Source of the DNA: an uncultured Bacilli bacterium
GTDB taxonomy: Bacteria; Bacillota_I; Bacilli_A; RF39; UBA660
DNA: 64,000 nt
Direction: 5' to 3'
Assembly (NCBI GenBank): GCA_934130005.1
Contig: CAKOXD010000001.1
Coordinates: 78,897-142,896 of the forward strand
Part shown: one piece after another, positions 40,400-50,111 of the stretch
Layout: every line of letters begins with the position of its first letter
Numbering within the stretch: position 1 is the stretch's first letter
Program-made: the position numbers and the translations under genes
The notes under the pieces: generated by a model
The model's input: the letters and a program-made list of their open reading frames with translations, nothing else
What the model was told of the DNA's origin: nothing
Databases searched by the model: none

Positions 40400-41645
40400 T
40401 ATCTATCCCTTCTAATAAAAATATTTTATCTATTTCTACTTTGTTTGCAAAAGATATAATATCTTCTTTTGTTACTTTTTTTATTTGTTTTATTCTAGTA
40501 TCAACTAAGTCTAAATTAGCATATTCATGTGATAAATAATTAGATATTATTAAATTTTGATTATCATAAATTTCTTTGCAACTACTTGTATATATTTTTT
40601 TAGCTTCAGTTATATCTTTGTTACTAACTTTACCATTTTTTATTTTCTCTAATTCTCTTTTAATTAAATCAATTGTTTTTTCATAATTTTTTCTATTTAT
40701 GCCAGCAACTATAGTCATAGTTTTGGATAAAACAGATACATTAGAATTTATATAATAACATAGTGAATTTTTTTCACGAACCACTTGAAATAATTTTGAG
40801 TTTGGACTTCCACCTAATATCAAAGAATATAAACTTGATACATATTTTAATTCGAAGTCTGAAACATTAAAGAACTTTAATCCGATAGCTAATTTGCTTT
40901 GATTAATATTTAGTTTTTCTTTTATTTCTTTTTCTTCTGCTTTATCTAAGGTTAAATAATGTTCTAAATTTTCATTTAATCTAATCGTATTTGGAACGTA
41001 TTTATTAAATATCTCTTCATATGTGTTTTCTATATTACCAATTATAAATATATCTATTATGTCGTTTTCAATTACTGTTTTATAATAATCATATAAATTA
41101 GTAGATGTAATTTTATCCAAATCTTCCAAATAACCACATGATCTATAAGAAAATGGTCCATCAGACATTTCTTCATATAATCTAATCAAACTATATTTTT
41201 TAGTATCATCTTTTAAACTTTTTATATCTTCTTCTAATGTTTTCTTTATTAAATCAAAATATTCTTTTTCAAATTTATTTTCATTTATATTTGGATTAAA
41301 TATAAGTTCAAGTAAGAAAATTATTGATTTTTTTATCATATCTTGTTCTGTGTATTTCTCATTTAAAAATGTTTCTTTAAATGAAATAATATGATAATTA
41401 CCAGATTTATATGGAGATGAACTTATACCAACTCCATATAATTCTTCTGTTTCTATTTCTATATCTCTTGAAGTTTTATATTTTTTACTAGAATTAATAA
41501 GCATATCATTTAAGAAATTTCTAATTGTTATTTCATCTTTTTTTATTTTTCTTTTAAAGTTAATTCTAAGATTAATAGTTTTAAATTTATCAGTTTTAAT
41601 TATATGTAAATTATAATTATCTTTTTTTATTTTTTGATATTCCAT
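40374..41645 (-). CDS. M16-family peptidase-like protein (no HxxEH; probable non-catalytic partner)
   Basis: 423 aa with insulinase-like architecture but no zinc motif. It overlaps the adjacent M16 gene. Confidence 0.7.
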   Translation of the reverse strand: MEYQKIKKDNYNLHIIKTDKFKTINLRINFKRKIKKDEITIRNFLNDMLINSSKKYKTSRDIEIETEELYGVGISSSPYKSGNYHIISFKETFLNEKYTEQDMIKKSIIFLLELIFNPNINENKFEKEYFDLIKKTLEEDIKSLKDDTKKYSLIRLYEEMSDGPFSYRSCGYLEDLDKITSTNLYDYYKTVIENDIIDIFIIGNIENTYEEIFNKYVPNTIRLNENLEHYLTLDKAEEKEIKEKLNINQSKLAIGLKFFNVSDFELKYVSSLYSLILGGSPNSKLFQVVREKNSLCYYINSNVSVLSKTMTIVAGINRKNYEKTIDLIKRELEKIKNGKVSNKDITEAKKIYTSSCKEIYDNQNLIISNYLSHEYANLDLVDTRIKQIKKVTKEDIISFANKVEIDKIFLLEGIDNDEEDSTL

Positions 41646-41685
41646 TTTATCACCTCTTTTTATTATGTACTAATATATTTTTTTA

Positions 41686-42393
41686 TTACATATAAAGAGT
41701 CGATTCTAAAGCAATTTCTATCATATTATTAAAAGAGTTTTGTCTTTCTAAGCTTGTTGTTTCTTCTTTTGTTATAAAGCTATCAGAAATTGTAAGTAAA
41801 CATGCAGCTTTTTTATTTAATACTTTTGCATTATGAAATAGCGCGAAGGATTCCATTTCAACTGCTTGGCATCCATATTTTTTATTTAACTCTTCATAGT
41901 TATTATTTTCTTTATAAAATACATCACTGCTATGAATATTACCATAATATATTTTTTTATTTAAGTTATTTGCAACATTTTTTATTATGTCATTTAATTC
42001 TTTAGATCCTCCTTGTAGTTCATTTAAATCATTATTTTGTGTTTTGGCAAAACTTGATTCAGAGTAACATTTATCAACTAATAAAACATCATATAAATTT
42101 AAATCTTTTGTATAGGAACCTGCTGAACCAACTCTTATTATGTTATCTACATCATAAAATTTATATAATTCATATGAATATATACCAATACTTGGCATTC
42201 CCATTCCACTTGCCATTACAGTTACTTCTTTATCTTTATATAATCCTGTATAAGCAAACATACCTCTAACACTATTAACTAATTTATAATTTTCTAAATA
42301 TTTTTCCGCTATCATCTTTGCTCTTAATGGATCTCCTGGCATTATTACAGTTTTTGCTATTTCTTCTTTTTTTGCTTCTATATGTGGTGTCAT
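41686..42393 (-). CDS. deoD: Purine nucleoside phosphorylase DeoD-type
   Basis: MTPHIEAKKEEIAKTVIMPGDPLRAKMIAE... matches the PNP/UDP-1 family. Confidence 0.9.
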   Translation of the reverse strand: MTPHIEAKKEEIAKTVIMPGDPLRAKMIAEKYLENYKLVNSVRGMFAYTGLYKDKEVTVMASGMGMPSIGIYSYELYKFYDVDNIIRVGSAGSYTKDLNLYDVLLVDKCYSESSFAKTQNNDLNELQGGSKELNDIIKNVANNLNKKIYYGNIHSSDVFYKENNNYEELNKKYGCQAVEMESFALFHNAKVLNKKAACLLTISDSFITKEETTSLERQNSFNNMIEIALESTLYM

Positions 42394-43277
42394 ATTATTC
42401 CTCCTATATATCTTTCTATTTCTTTTATTGTATTATTAAAATTTTCATAATCAGTATTAAACCATTTAACATTCATTTGATTATTAAACCAAGTATATTG
42501 TCTTTTTGCATACCTTCTACTTTTTTGTTTAATAAGTTCAATTGAAACATTTAAAGTTTCATTTCCTTCAAAATATGGAAATAATTCTTTATAACCTATT
42601 GGTGTTAATACGGCTTTGGTTCTAATATTAGAATCATATATTTTTTTTGCCTCTTCTATTAAACCTTTTTTTAACATCTGATCTACTCTATTATCAATCA
42701 TAGAATATAATTTTTTTCTATCTGTTGTAAGTCCTATAAATATAGTATCATATAACAATTCAGTTGTTTTTTCTTTTTCACTTATTTTATTACCTGTTGA
42801 ATAATAATAATCAAGTGCTCTTTCTACTCTTTTTCTATTGTTAATATGTATTTCTGTATTAGGATCAATTTTTAATAATTCTTTATATAATTCTTCATTT
42901 GTATATTTTGAATAATCTTTTTTTACACTTTCAATATTAAATTTATAATCATATAAACAGGCTTTTATATATAATCCAGTTCCTCCTACTATAATTGGTG
43001 TTTTTCCTTTATCAAATATTTCATCGATAGCTTTTCTAGAATCTCTTTGATAGTCAAACACACTATAATCGTCAGTTATATTTTTAATACTTAAAAGATG
43101 ATGATTTATATTTTTCATTTCTTCTTTTGTTACTTTAGCAGTTGCAATATCCATTCCGTAAAATATCTGAGTTGAATCTGCATTTATAATTTCACCATTA
43201 TATTTTAAAGCAAGTTCTATACTTAATTTAGTCTTGCCAACAGCAGTCGGACCTACTATACATATTATTTTTCTCAT
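42390..43277 (-). CDS. miaA: tRNA dimethylallyltransferase
   Basis: P-loop IVGPTAVGKTKLSIELA and an IPT-family core are present. Confidence 0.9.
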   Translation of the reverse strand: MRKIICIVGPTAVGKTKLSIELALKYNGEIINADSTQIFYGMDIATAKVTKEEMKNINHHLLSIKNITDDYSVFDYQRDSRKAIDEIFDKGKTPIIVGGTGLYIKACLYDYKFNIESVKKDYSKYTNEELYKELLKIDPNTEIHINNRKRVERALDYYYSTGNKISEKEKTTELLYDTIFIGLTTDRKKLYSMIDNRVDQMLKKGLIEEAKKIYDSNIRTKAVLTPIGYKELFPYFEGNETLNVSIELIKQKSRRYAKRQYTWFNNQMNVKWFNTDYENFNNTIKEIERYIGGII

Positions 43278-43285
43278 TTTATCAC

Positions 43286-44245
43286 CTATTTATAATTTCT
43301 TTTTAACACTTTTTTATAACATTCAGTAAAAATTTCATAAGTATTTTTTGATAAATCATCAGTATCATAGTCTAAATTTAAATAATCAAGCACTTGAGAA
43401 AATTTATATTCTTTTAATTTATCATTTAATTCAAAAAATTCATTAATATTTTTTTTATTGTTTTTAATTCTATAATACATATAACAACCTATAAAACATC
43501 CCAATATATATTGTTGTTCATTATCTAACGTTAATTTTTCATCTTCTTCTATTTTTTTAAAAACCGTTACCAAATCATAGACATATTCATTTTTTGTATC
43601 ATTTATAACATTCATTATTTTTCCAAAATCAATGTACATATCATCTAAATATTCTGATAATAATCTTAAATTAATATCAATTTCTATTGCTTTAGATTTT
43701 ATAGCGAAAAGTGTTAAATTATTAGGTATTCTAGAATCTTTAATACCTTTTTCTATTAAAAAATCTTCAAATAGTAATTCTCCTAAAAAGGATAGTCCTT
43801 CTGTATAAAAATATCTAGTAAAGCTTTCACAGTTTATATCAATATTTAAATCATGTATAAATTCGTGTACAATTGAAAAAGCATCTTCTATTGTTCCTTT
43901 TAAAGGAATAAAAATAATTCTTTTTTTATAAATATCATCGTATTCACTATATGCAGTTAATACATTAGCATAGTCATTTTCAAATATAAATGTTCCATCA
44001 TTTAATCTTTCAATTAAAATATCATAGTAATCTTTATTCATTTTAAAGAAAAATTCTTTTGCTAATTTTATATTTTCATCTTTACTTACTTTTTTTGTAA
44101 ACTTAAAATCATAATCTCTGTCTTCAAATGATAAAACTATATTATTTAATTTTTGTATTAATAAATAATCAGTTTTATCACTACTCTCTGTTAATTTTAT
44201 ATAATTTTTAGTAGCATCACATATTATTTCAAATTCATTTTTCAT
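43286..44245 (-). CDS. Hypothetical protein with an HExxH motif
   Basis: 319 aa. It contains SIVHEFIHD. No other assignable features. Confidence 0.45.
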   Translation of the reverse strand: MKNEFEIICDATKNYIKLTESSDKTDYLLIQKLNNIVLSFEDRDYDFKFTKKVSKDENIKLAKEFFFKMNKDYYDILIERLNDGTFIFENDYANVLTAYSEYDDIYKKRIIFIPLKGTIEDAFSIVHEFIHDLNIDINCESFTRYFYTEGLSFLGELLFEDFLIEKGIKDSRIPNNLTLFAIKSKAIEIDINLRLLSEYLDDMYIDFGKIMNVINDTKNEYVYDLVTVFKKIEEDEKLTLDNEQQYILGCFIGCYMYYRIKNNKKNINEFFELNDKLKEYKFSQVLDYLNLDYDTDDLSKNTYEIFTECYKKVLKRNYK

Positions 44246-45267
44246 TTTATAAACATCGCATCTCCAAAAGAGAAAAATCTATATTTATGATTAACAGCTT
44301 CTTTGTAAGCATTTAATATGTTGTCTTTTCCAGCTAATGCACTTACAAGCATAACAAGAGTAGATTTTGGAAGATGAAAATTAGTAATTAAAGCATCAAT
44401 AGCTTTAAATTTATACCCAGGATATATAAATATATCTGTCCAACCAGAACATTCTCTAAATTCACCATATAAGTTCATTATAGTTTCAAGTGTTCTAGTA
44501 GAAGTAGTACCTACACTAATTATTCTTCTATTATTTTTTTTAGCTTCATTTAAAACATTAGCTGTTTCTTTACTCATCATGTAATATTCAGAATGCATTT
44601 TATGATCATTTATATTTTCAACATTAACAGGTCTAAAAGTTCCAAGTCCAACATGTAAAGTAACATATTCTATTAAAATACCTTTTTCTTTTATTTTATT
44701 TAATAAATCTATTGTAAAATGTAATCCTGCTGTTGGAGCAGCTGCTGAACCTATATTTTTAGCATATACTGTTTGATATCTATCTTTATCATTTAGTTTT
44801 TCATGAATATAAGGTGGCAATGGCATTTCTCCTAATTTATCTAATATTTCATAAAATATTCCATTATATTTAAATTCAAAAACTCTAATTCCTTCTTCTT
44901 TAATATCAACACATTCAGCACTAAGTAATCCATCACCAAATATTACTCTTGTACCTATTTTTATTCTTTTAGCTGGTTTAGATAAACATTCCCATTTATT
45001 ATTTTCTAGTTCTTTTAACATTAAAACTTCTATTACTGCTTTTGTATCTTCTTTTTCTCCTATAAGTCTTGCTGGTATTACTTTTGTATCATTTAAAACA
45101 AGTACATCACCCTGATTTAAATAATCAATAATATTATTAAAATGTTTATGTTCTAATTCACCTGTTTGTTTATCTAAAACTAACATTTTAGATGAATCTC
45201 TTTTTTCTAGAGGAGTTTGCGCTATTAACTCTTCTGGTAAATAATAATCAAAATCTTCTGTTTTCAT
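44242..45267 (-). CDS. queA: S-adenosylmethionine:tRNA ribosyltransferase-isomerase
   Basis: [31 protein letters not shown] is a canonical QueA N-terminus. Confidence 0.9.
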   Translation of the reverse strand: MKTEDFDYYLPEELIAQTPLEKRDSSKMLVLDKQTGELEHKHFNNIIDYLNQGDVLVLNDTKVIPARLIGEKEDTKAVIEVLMLKELENNKWECLSKPAKRIKIGTRVIFGDGLLSAECVDIKEEGIRVFEFKYNGIFYEILDKLGEMPLPPYIHEKLNDKDRYQTVYAKNIGSAAAPTAGLHFTIDLLNKIKEKGILIEYVTLHVGLGTFRPVNVENINDHKMHSEYYMMSKETANVLNEAKKNNRRIISVGTTSTRTLETIMNLYGEFRECSGWTDIFIYPGYKFKAIDALITNFHLPKSTLVMLVSALAGKDNILNAYKEAVNHKYRFFSFGDAMFIK

Positions 45268-45284
45268 TTTATCACTTCTTCTAT

Positions 45285-46280
45285 TTAATTTTCTTTCTTA
45301 ATGTTTAAATGTTTATATGCTTTTTCTGTTACCATTCTACCTCTACTAGTTCTTTTTAATAAGCCGATTTGAAGTAAATATGGTTCATAAACATCTTCAA
45401 TTGTTGATTGCTCTTCACCTATACTTGATGCGATTGCTTCAATTCCAACTGGACCACCATTAAATTTTTCTATAATAGATTTTAATAAATTATAATCAGT
45501 ATCATCAAGTCCTAGCGAATCAACCTTTAATCTATCTAAGGCTGTTTTTGTAATTTCTAAATCAATAATACCATTATTCATTACATAAGCAAAGTCTCTT
45601 ACACGTTTAAATAATCTATTAGCGATTCTTGGAGTACCTCTACTTCTTCTTGCAAGTTCATAAGCAGCATCTTCATCAATTTGAGTATTTAAAACTCTTC
45701 CTGTTCTTTTTACAATTTCTTTTAACTCATCTTCTGTATAAAATTTTAATTTTGAAATTATTCCAAATCTATCTCTAAGTGGACTTGAAAGATCACCAGC
45801 TCTAGTAGTTGCACCAACTAAAGTAAAAGGTGGTAAATCAATTCTAATATTTCTACTAGTAGAGTCACTTCCTACAATTATATCTAGTTTAAAATCTTCC
45901 ATTGCAGGATATAAAATTTCTTCTATATATTTAGGAATTCTATGAATCTCATCAATAAATAAAACATCCCCTTCTTCTAATGTTGACAAAATAGCTGCTA
46001 AATCGCCTGTTTTTTCTATAGAAGGTCCACTTGCAGTCTTTATATTACTTCCAAGTTCATTAGCAATTATATAAGCAAGGGTTGTTTTACCAAGTCCGGG
46101 AGGTCCATACAAAAGAACATGGTCTAATGATTCATCTCTCATCTTTGCTGCTTTTATATAAATATCTAAGTTTTCTTTTACTTCAGTTTGACCAATATAT
46201 TCATCTATACTATCAGGTCGTATTGTTTCTTCAAAAGTATCCTCAACTAATTCATGATTAGTTATCACTCTCTCATCCAT
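45285..46280 (-). CDS. ruvB: Holliday junction helicase RuvB
   Basis: AAA+ Walker [10 protein letters not shown] and Walker B DEIHR are present. Confidence 0.95.
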   Translation of the reverse strand: MDERVITNHELVEDTFEETIRPDSIDEYIGQTEVKENLDIYIKAAKMRDESLDHVLLYGPPGLGKTTLAYIIANELGSNIKTASGPSIEKTGDLAAILSTLEEGDVLFIDEIHRIPKYIEEILYPAMEDFKLDIIVGSDSTSRNIRIDLPPFTLVGATTRAGDLSSPLRDRFGIISKLKFYTEDELKEIVKRTGRVLNTQIDEDAAYELARRSRGTPRIANRLFKRVRDFAYVMNNGIIDLEITKTALDRLKVDSLGLDDTDYNLLKSIIEKFNGGPVGIEAIASSIGEEQSTIEDVYEPYLLQIGLLKRTSRGRMVTEKAYKHLNIKKEN

Positions 46281-46289
46281 TTAATCACC

Positions 46290-46841
46290 TCATTTTAACA
46301 GCATTTTTAAAGCTTCTTTAATTTGAACTTCTATTTTTTGCTTATTATCAATATTTGGTATAATTTTCTTTATATCTTGTTTTTTATAACCAAGTGCTTC
46401 TAATGCTTCTATTAACTCATCATTTAATAAAGTATTTGAATCTTCTTTTACAACTAATTTTCCTTTTAAATCCAGAATTATTTGTCTAGCAACTTTATCA
46501 CCAATCTTTGGAAATTTTTTTAAGTAATTAACATTTCCATTTTCTATTGCACTAACAACTTCATCAATTGAACCACTCGCAATTATTGGTAATGCCATTT
46601 TAGGTCCTAAACCTTTTACATTTATAAGTTTCAAAAATAAGTCTTTTTCACTTTTCTCTTTAAATCCATATAAAGAAATATCATCTTCTGAAACTTTTTG
46701 ATACAAATATATTTTATATTCTTTATTCAATGTATATGAATAAGGATTAGAAGTAAAAATAATATATCCTATTTTATTATTTTCTAAAATAATATAATTA
46801 CTATCAATCTCAGTAACTACTCCATTTATATAACCATACAT
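46290..46841 (-). CDS. ruvA: Holliday junction DNA helicase RuvA
   Basis: MYGYINGVV... An OB domain, HhH motifs (GLGPKMA) and a C-terminal domain are present. Confidence 0.9.
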   Translation of the reverse strand: MYGYINGVVTEIDSNYIILENNKIGYIIFTSNPYSYTLNKEYKIYLYQKVSEDDISLYGFKEKSEKDLFLKLINVKGLGPKMALPIIASGSIDEVVSAIENGNVNYLKKFPKIGDKVARQIILDLKGKLVVKEDSNTLLNDELIEALEALGYKKQDIKKIIPNIDNKQKIEVQIKEALKMLLK

Positions 46842-46941
46842 ATAATTTAATCACCTTCTATATTATAACATAAGCTTCATTTAAATGATACCATACATTT
46901 GTTTGTAATTCAAGTAAAAATTAAAATAGTATCAATAAATA

Positions 46942-48333
46942 CTATTTTAATTCAAATATTGTACCTTCTCTTGTATCTTTAATTATTATTCCATCATTTT
47001 CCAAATCATTTCTTATCTTGTCTGCTAATGCATAATCCTTATTTTCTTTTGCTTGTTTTCTTTTTTCTATCATATCATTTATATATATTAATTTTGATTC
47101 ATCTATATTTTCTTTAGAAATTAAATTTAAAGATAGTACTTTATCAAAGTTTTTTATTAATTCAATTTTTGTTTTCCCATTTATTAATTCATCTTTAATA
47201 ACATCATAGATAACTGTAATAGCATTTGATGTATTTAAATCATTTTCTAAAGCTTTAATAAATTCATTGTTATACATACTAAATTTAACTTCATCTAATA
47301 TTCCTTCATCTTTTATATTTTTTATTTTCGACAATAATTTATCATAGGATTTTTTTGCTTGATCTAATGCATCATAACTAAAAACTAAAACTTTTCTATA
47401 AGATGAATTTAAACACATAAATCTATAATCAAGTGGACTATATCCTTTAGATTCTAATAATGAAATGGTTAAAAAATCGCCTTTACTCTTACTCATTTTT
47501 CCAGTTTTATCATTTAAATGTTCACCATGAATCCAATAATTACACCATTTATGTCCAAGATATGCTTCAGACTGAGCTATTTCGTTTGTATGATGTGGAA
47601 AAATATTATCAACTCCACCACAATGTATATCTAGATTTTCTCCTAAATTTTTTATACTTATTCCAGAACATTCTATATGCCATCCTGGATATCCAACACC
47701 CCATGGACTATTCCATTTTAACTCTTGATCACTAAATTTTGATTTTGTAAACCATAAAACAAAATCAGCTTGATTTTTTTTGTTACTATCTTCTTCTACA
47801 CTCTCTCTTACACCAACAACCATTTCATCTATTTTATGATTTGTAAGCTTATAATAATCATTTAATTTAGATGTATCAAAATAAACATTACCACCACTTA
47901 TATATGCATAATCTAAACTTAAAAGTTTAGTAATAATTTCAATATACATATCAATATTATCGGTTGCTTTTGATACAATTTCTGGCCATTTAACATTTAA
48001 TTTTTCTAAATCCCTTTTAAATTCTTTTGTATAAAAATCAGCTATTTCTAATACTGTTTTATGTTCTCTTAAAGCACCTTTTAACATTTTATCTTCGCCA
48101 CTATCAGAGTCACTTGTTAAATGTCCAACATCAGTGATATTCATACATCTCTTAACATTGTATCCAATATAATTTAAAGTTTTTTCAAGTATATCTTCAA
48201 ATATATAAGTTCTAAGATTACCTATATGTGCATAATGATATACTGTAGGTCCACAAGTATACATAGTTACCATTTCTTTATCATATGGTATAAATTCTTC
48301 TATTTGTCTTGATAAAGTATTATAAATTTTCAT
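46942..48333 (-). CDS. cysS: Cysteine--tRNA ligase
   Basis: HIGH motif CGPTVYHYAHIGN and KMSKS motif are present. 463 aa. Confidence 0.95.
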   Translation of the reverse strand: MKIYNTLSRQIEEFIPYDKEMVTMYTCGPTVYHYAHIGNLRTYIFEDILEKTLNYIGYNVKRCMNITDVGHLTSDSDSGEDKMLKGALREHKTVLEIADFYTKEFKRDLEKLNVKWPEIVSKATDNIDMYIEIITKLLSLDYAYISGGNVYFDTSKLNDYYKLTNHKIDEMVVGVRESVEEDSNKKNQADFVLWFTKSKFSDQELKWNSPWGVGYPGWHIECSGISIKNLGENLDIHCGGVDNIFPHHTNEIAQSEAYLGHKWCNYWIHGEHLNDKTGKMSKSKGDFLTISLLESKGYSPLDYRFMCLNSSYRKVLVFSYDALDQAKKSYDKLLSKIKNIKDEGILDEVKFSMYNNEFIKALENDLNTSNAITVIYDVIKDELINGKTKIELIKNFDKVLSLNLISKENIDESKLIYINDMIEKRKQAKENKDYALADKIRNDLENDGIIIKDTREGTIFELK

Positions 48334-48418
48334 GTTATCACTTCCTAATTAATTATAACATAGTTATCTAATTATATACAATTATTTAAAGAAATTTAAA
48401 TTTTTTTATAATAAGGTA

Positions 48419-48447
48419 TTGCACTATTTTAACAAATATGTTATTAT
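48419..48447 (+). promoter_or_regulatory. Candidate promoter of the tRNA cluster
   Basis: TTGCAC is followed by a 17-nt spacer and TATTAT, about 18 nt upstream of the first tRNA. Confidence 0.4.
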
Positions 48448-48464
48448 TATGGAGTAATGCGTAT

Positions 48465-48541
48465 GGACCTTTAGCTCAGTTGGTTAGAGCATCCGGCTCA
48501 TAACCGGACGGTCGTAGGTTCGAGTCCTACAAGGTCCACCA
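48465..48541 (+). tRNA. tRNA with CAU anticodon, probably tRNA-Ile2 (lysidine); not an initiator
   Basis: GGACCTTTAGCTCAGTTGGTTAGAGC...CTCATAA...GGTTCGAGTCC...AAGGTCCACCA. The 1:72 pair is fully matched, so it is not an initiator. The sequence is close to Bacillus tRNA-Ile(CAU). Confidence 0.7.
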
Positions 48542-48548
48542 TTTTAAT

Positions 48549-48632
48549 GCAGGTGTGGCGAAATTGGCAGACGCGCTAGACTTAGGATCTAGTGGTTAAT
48601 CCGTGGGGGTTCAAGTCCCTTCACCTGCACCA
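48549..48632 (+). tRNA. tRNA-Leu (anticodon UAG)
   Basis: GCAGGTGTGGCGAAATTGGCAGACGC...CTTAGGA...a long variable arm...GGTTCAAGTCC...CACCTGCACCA. Confidence 0.85.
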
Positions 48633-48645
48633 TTCATAAAAAAAT

Positions 48646-48670
48646 TAACCGGAAAGACGGTTTTTTATTT
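48646..48670 (+). terminator. Weak hairpin plus T-run between tRNA-Leu and tRNA-Gln
   Basis: AACCG-GAAAGA-CGGTT followed by TTTTTTATTTT. Confidence 0.3.
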
Positions 48671-48684
48671 TATCCTTTTTAAAT

Positions 48685-48758
48685 TGTCCTATAGCCAAGT
48701 GGTAAGGCAGTGGGCTCTGACCCCATCATCGTTAGTTCGAATCTAACTAGGACAACCA
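48685..48758 (+). tRNA. tRNA-Gln (anticodon CUG)
   Basis: TGTCCTATAGCCAAGTGGTAAGGC...anticodon loop CTCTGAC...GTTCGAATC...TAGGACAACCA. Confidence 0.75.
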
Positions 48759-48759
48759 C

Positions 48760-48833
48760 GCCGATTTAGTTTAATGGTAAAACAAATCCCTCGTAATGAT
48801 TAGATGTAAGTTCGATTCTTACATTCGGCACCA
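48760..48833 (+). tRNA. tRNA-Thr (anticodon CGU)
   Basis: GCCGATTTAGTTTAATGGTAAAAC...loop CTCGTAA...GTAAGTTCGATTCTTAC-ATTCGGCACCA. There is one acceptor mismatch and one anticodon-stem mismatch. Confidence 0.6.
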
Positions 48834-48834
48834 G

Positions 48835-48909
48835 ATTGATTAACACTCGAACTTTTTCGAGATAAATATAAAAACTACTCTCAAATTAAATTGAAAGTAG
48901 TTTTATTTT
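48835..48909 (+). repeat. Direct repeat copy 1 (75 bp, contains a terminator-like hairpin)
   Basis: ATTGATTAACACTCGAACTTTTTCGAGATAAATATAAAAACTACTCTCAAATTAAATTGAAAGTAGTTTTATTTT is nearly identical to 49891-49965. Internal hairpins are CTCGAA-CTTTT-TCGAG and AAAACTACT...AGTAGTTTT followed by a T-run. Confidence 0.85.
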
Positions 48910-48976
48910 GTAAATTTAATAACACACATGAAAATTGACATAATCATTATTTGTATATGATAAATATTATATATTT

Positions 48977-49642
48977 TTAATCATTTACCTTATTAAATAA
49001 ACTATTCTTTATGTATAATATGTCTTCTATGGATTTTCCTATATTAAATGTTCCATTTCCTACTGGGTAAAAAACTGAATAACATTTATATTTTTTATTA
49101 TTAATAATTTTTTCAAATTGTTTTTTTCTACACTGAGAAACAGATATTTTTTCATTTAGTACAATCGAACTAACTTGATTACCAAACAATACTATTACTT
49201 TTGGATCAATAATTTCAATTTCTTTTTCTAATAAATGTAGATATTCTTTGTAAATATTATCTGGTAATGGTCTTGCGTCTATTTGCGTGCACTTTCCTAA
49301 ATTAGTTATAAAATATTTATGTTTTTTTACATTCTCATACACAATACTTGCAAACTCTTCAGTCCAATCAGCACCTTTAATATTTTTAATTTTATTATAT
49401 ATATCTTTATCAAGCATTCCGAGTTCATAAAAAAAACTCCAAATGTTTTTAGTTCCTATCCAAGGAGATTTTAATCCTTTCCAATTCTTGGAAGATGCAA
49501 TATTTCTTCTTGTTGGATTCATAAATACAAAGCAAATATCGGGATTTTTATCACATCCGCCATTATAGATAGAATCTAATTCTTTAGCTCCATACTTTTG
49601 TTGCAATTTATCATACTCTTTAGTTAAATTATTTAAAGTCAT
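48977..49642 (-). CDS. Uracil-DNA glycosylase superfamily protein (family 4/5-like fold)
   Basis: Its motifs line up with family-4 UDG blocks. FVFMNPTRRN aligns with the (V)GEAPG block. KYFITNLGKCTQIDARPLPD aligns with VYITNIVKCRPP...PLP. VIVLFGNQVSS aligns with IIVPLGAVA. The likely start is the ATG at 49642, with GAGGAG 6 nt upstream. The ORF track uses a TTG at 49648. Confidence 0.7.
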   Translation of the reverse strand: MTLNNLTKEYDKLQQKYGAKELDSIYNGGCDKNPDICFVFMNPTRRNIASSKNWKGLKSPWIGTKNIWSFFYELGMLDKDIYNKIKNIKGADWTEEFASIVYENVKKHKYFITNLGKCTQIDARPLPDNIYKEYLHLLEKEIEIIDPKVIVLFGNQVSSIVLNEKISVSQCRKKQFEKIINNKKYKCYSVFYPVGNGTFNIGKSIEDILYIKNSLFNKVND

Positions 49643-49727
49643 ATACAACTCCTCTGTTACCTTTTTCTTTTAATTTTCTTTCATAATATCTGATTTTTGC
49701 TCTGTTTGTTGTTGTTAATAAATACAT
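49629..49727 (-). CDS. Small basic ORF (32 aa) with a strong Shine-Dalgarno sequence, overlapping the UDG-like start
   Basis: GGAGG lies 10 nt upstream of the ATG at 49725-49727. The product is MYLLTTTNRAKIRYYERKLKEKGNRGVVYDFK. Its stop overlaps the UDG-like start region. Confidence 0.3.
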   Translation of the reverse strand: MYLLTTTNRAKIRYYERKLKEKGNRGVVYDFK

Positions 49728-49890
49728 AATTTTTATACCTCCATTCTGTATTTAATTATACTATATTCTGACCACGTTTACTAGTTAATTATTTTTTAAT
49801 TTATATTTTTCTGATATACTTGTAACAGTTAATTTTATTACTAAATCTTTCTTTTGTTCAAAGAGTTTACTTCTTCCTTTAAGGCATCAA

Positions 49891-49965
49891 ATTGATTAAC
49901 ACTCGAACTTTTTCGAGATAATATAAAAACTACTCTCAAAATTAAATTGAAAGTAGTTTTATTTT
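49891..49965 (+). repeat. Direct repeat copy 2 (75 bp)
   Basis: Matches 48835-48909 except for two single-base indels. Confidence 0.85.
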
Positions 49966-50111
49966 TACAGCAAACTTATATCTACTATAATCAATAAACT
50001 CATCATTAAAAACTTTAACAAGAATTAATTCAAGTATTAGTGAATTGTTTTAAATTATAAAATATGATATTATATATTCATTAATTATTACAAGTAAAGG
50101 AAAGATTATTT

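Noticed and set aside
48465-48541. The CAU-anticodon tRNA considered as initiator tRNA-fMet
   Set aside because: The acceptor 1:72 position is a normal G-C pair and the stem is fully paired. The sequence closely matches the lysidine tRNA-Ile2 type. The elongator tRNA-Met is at 34226-34302.
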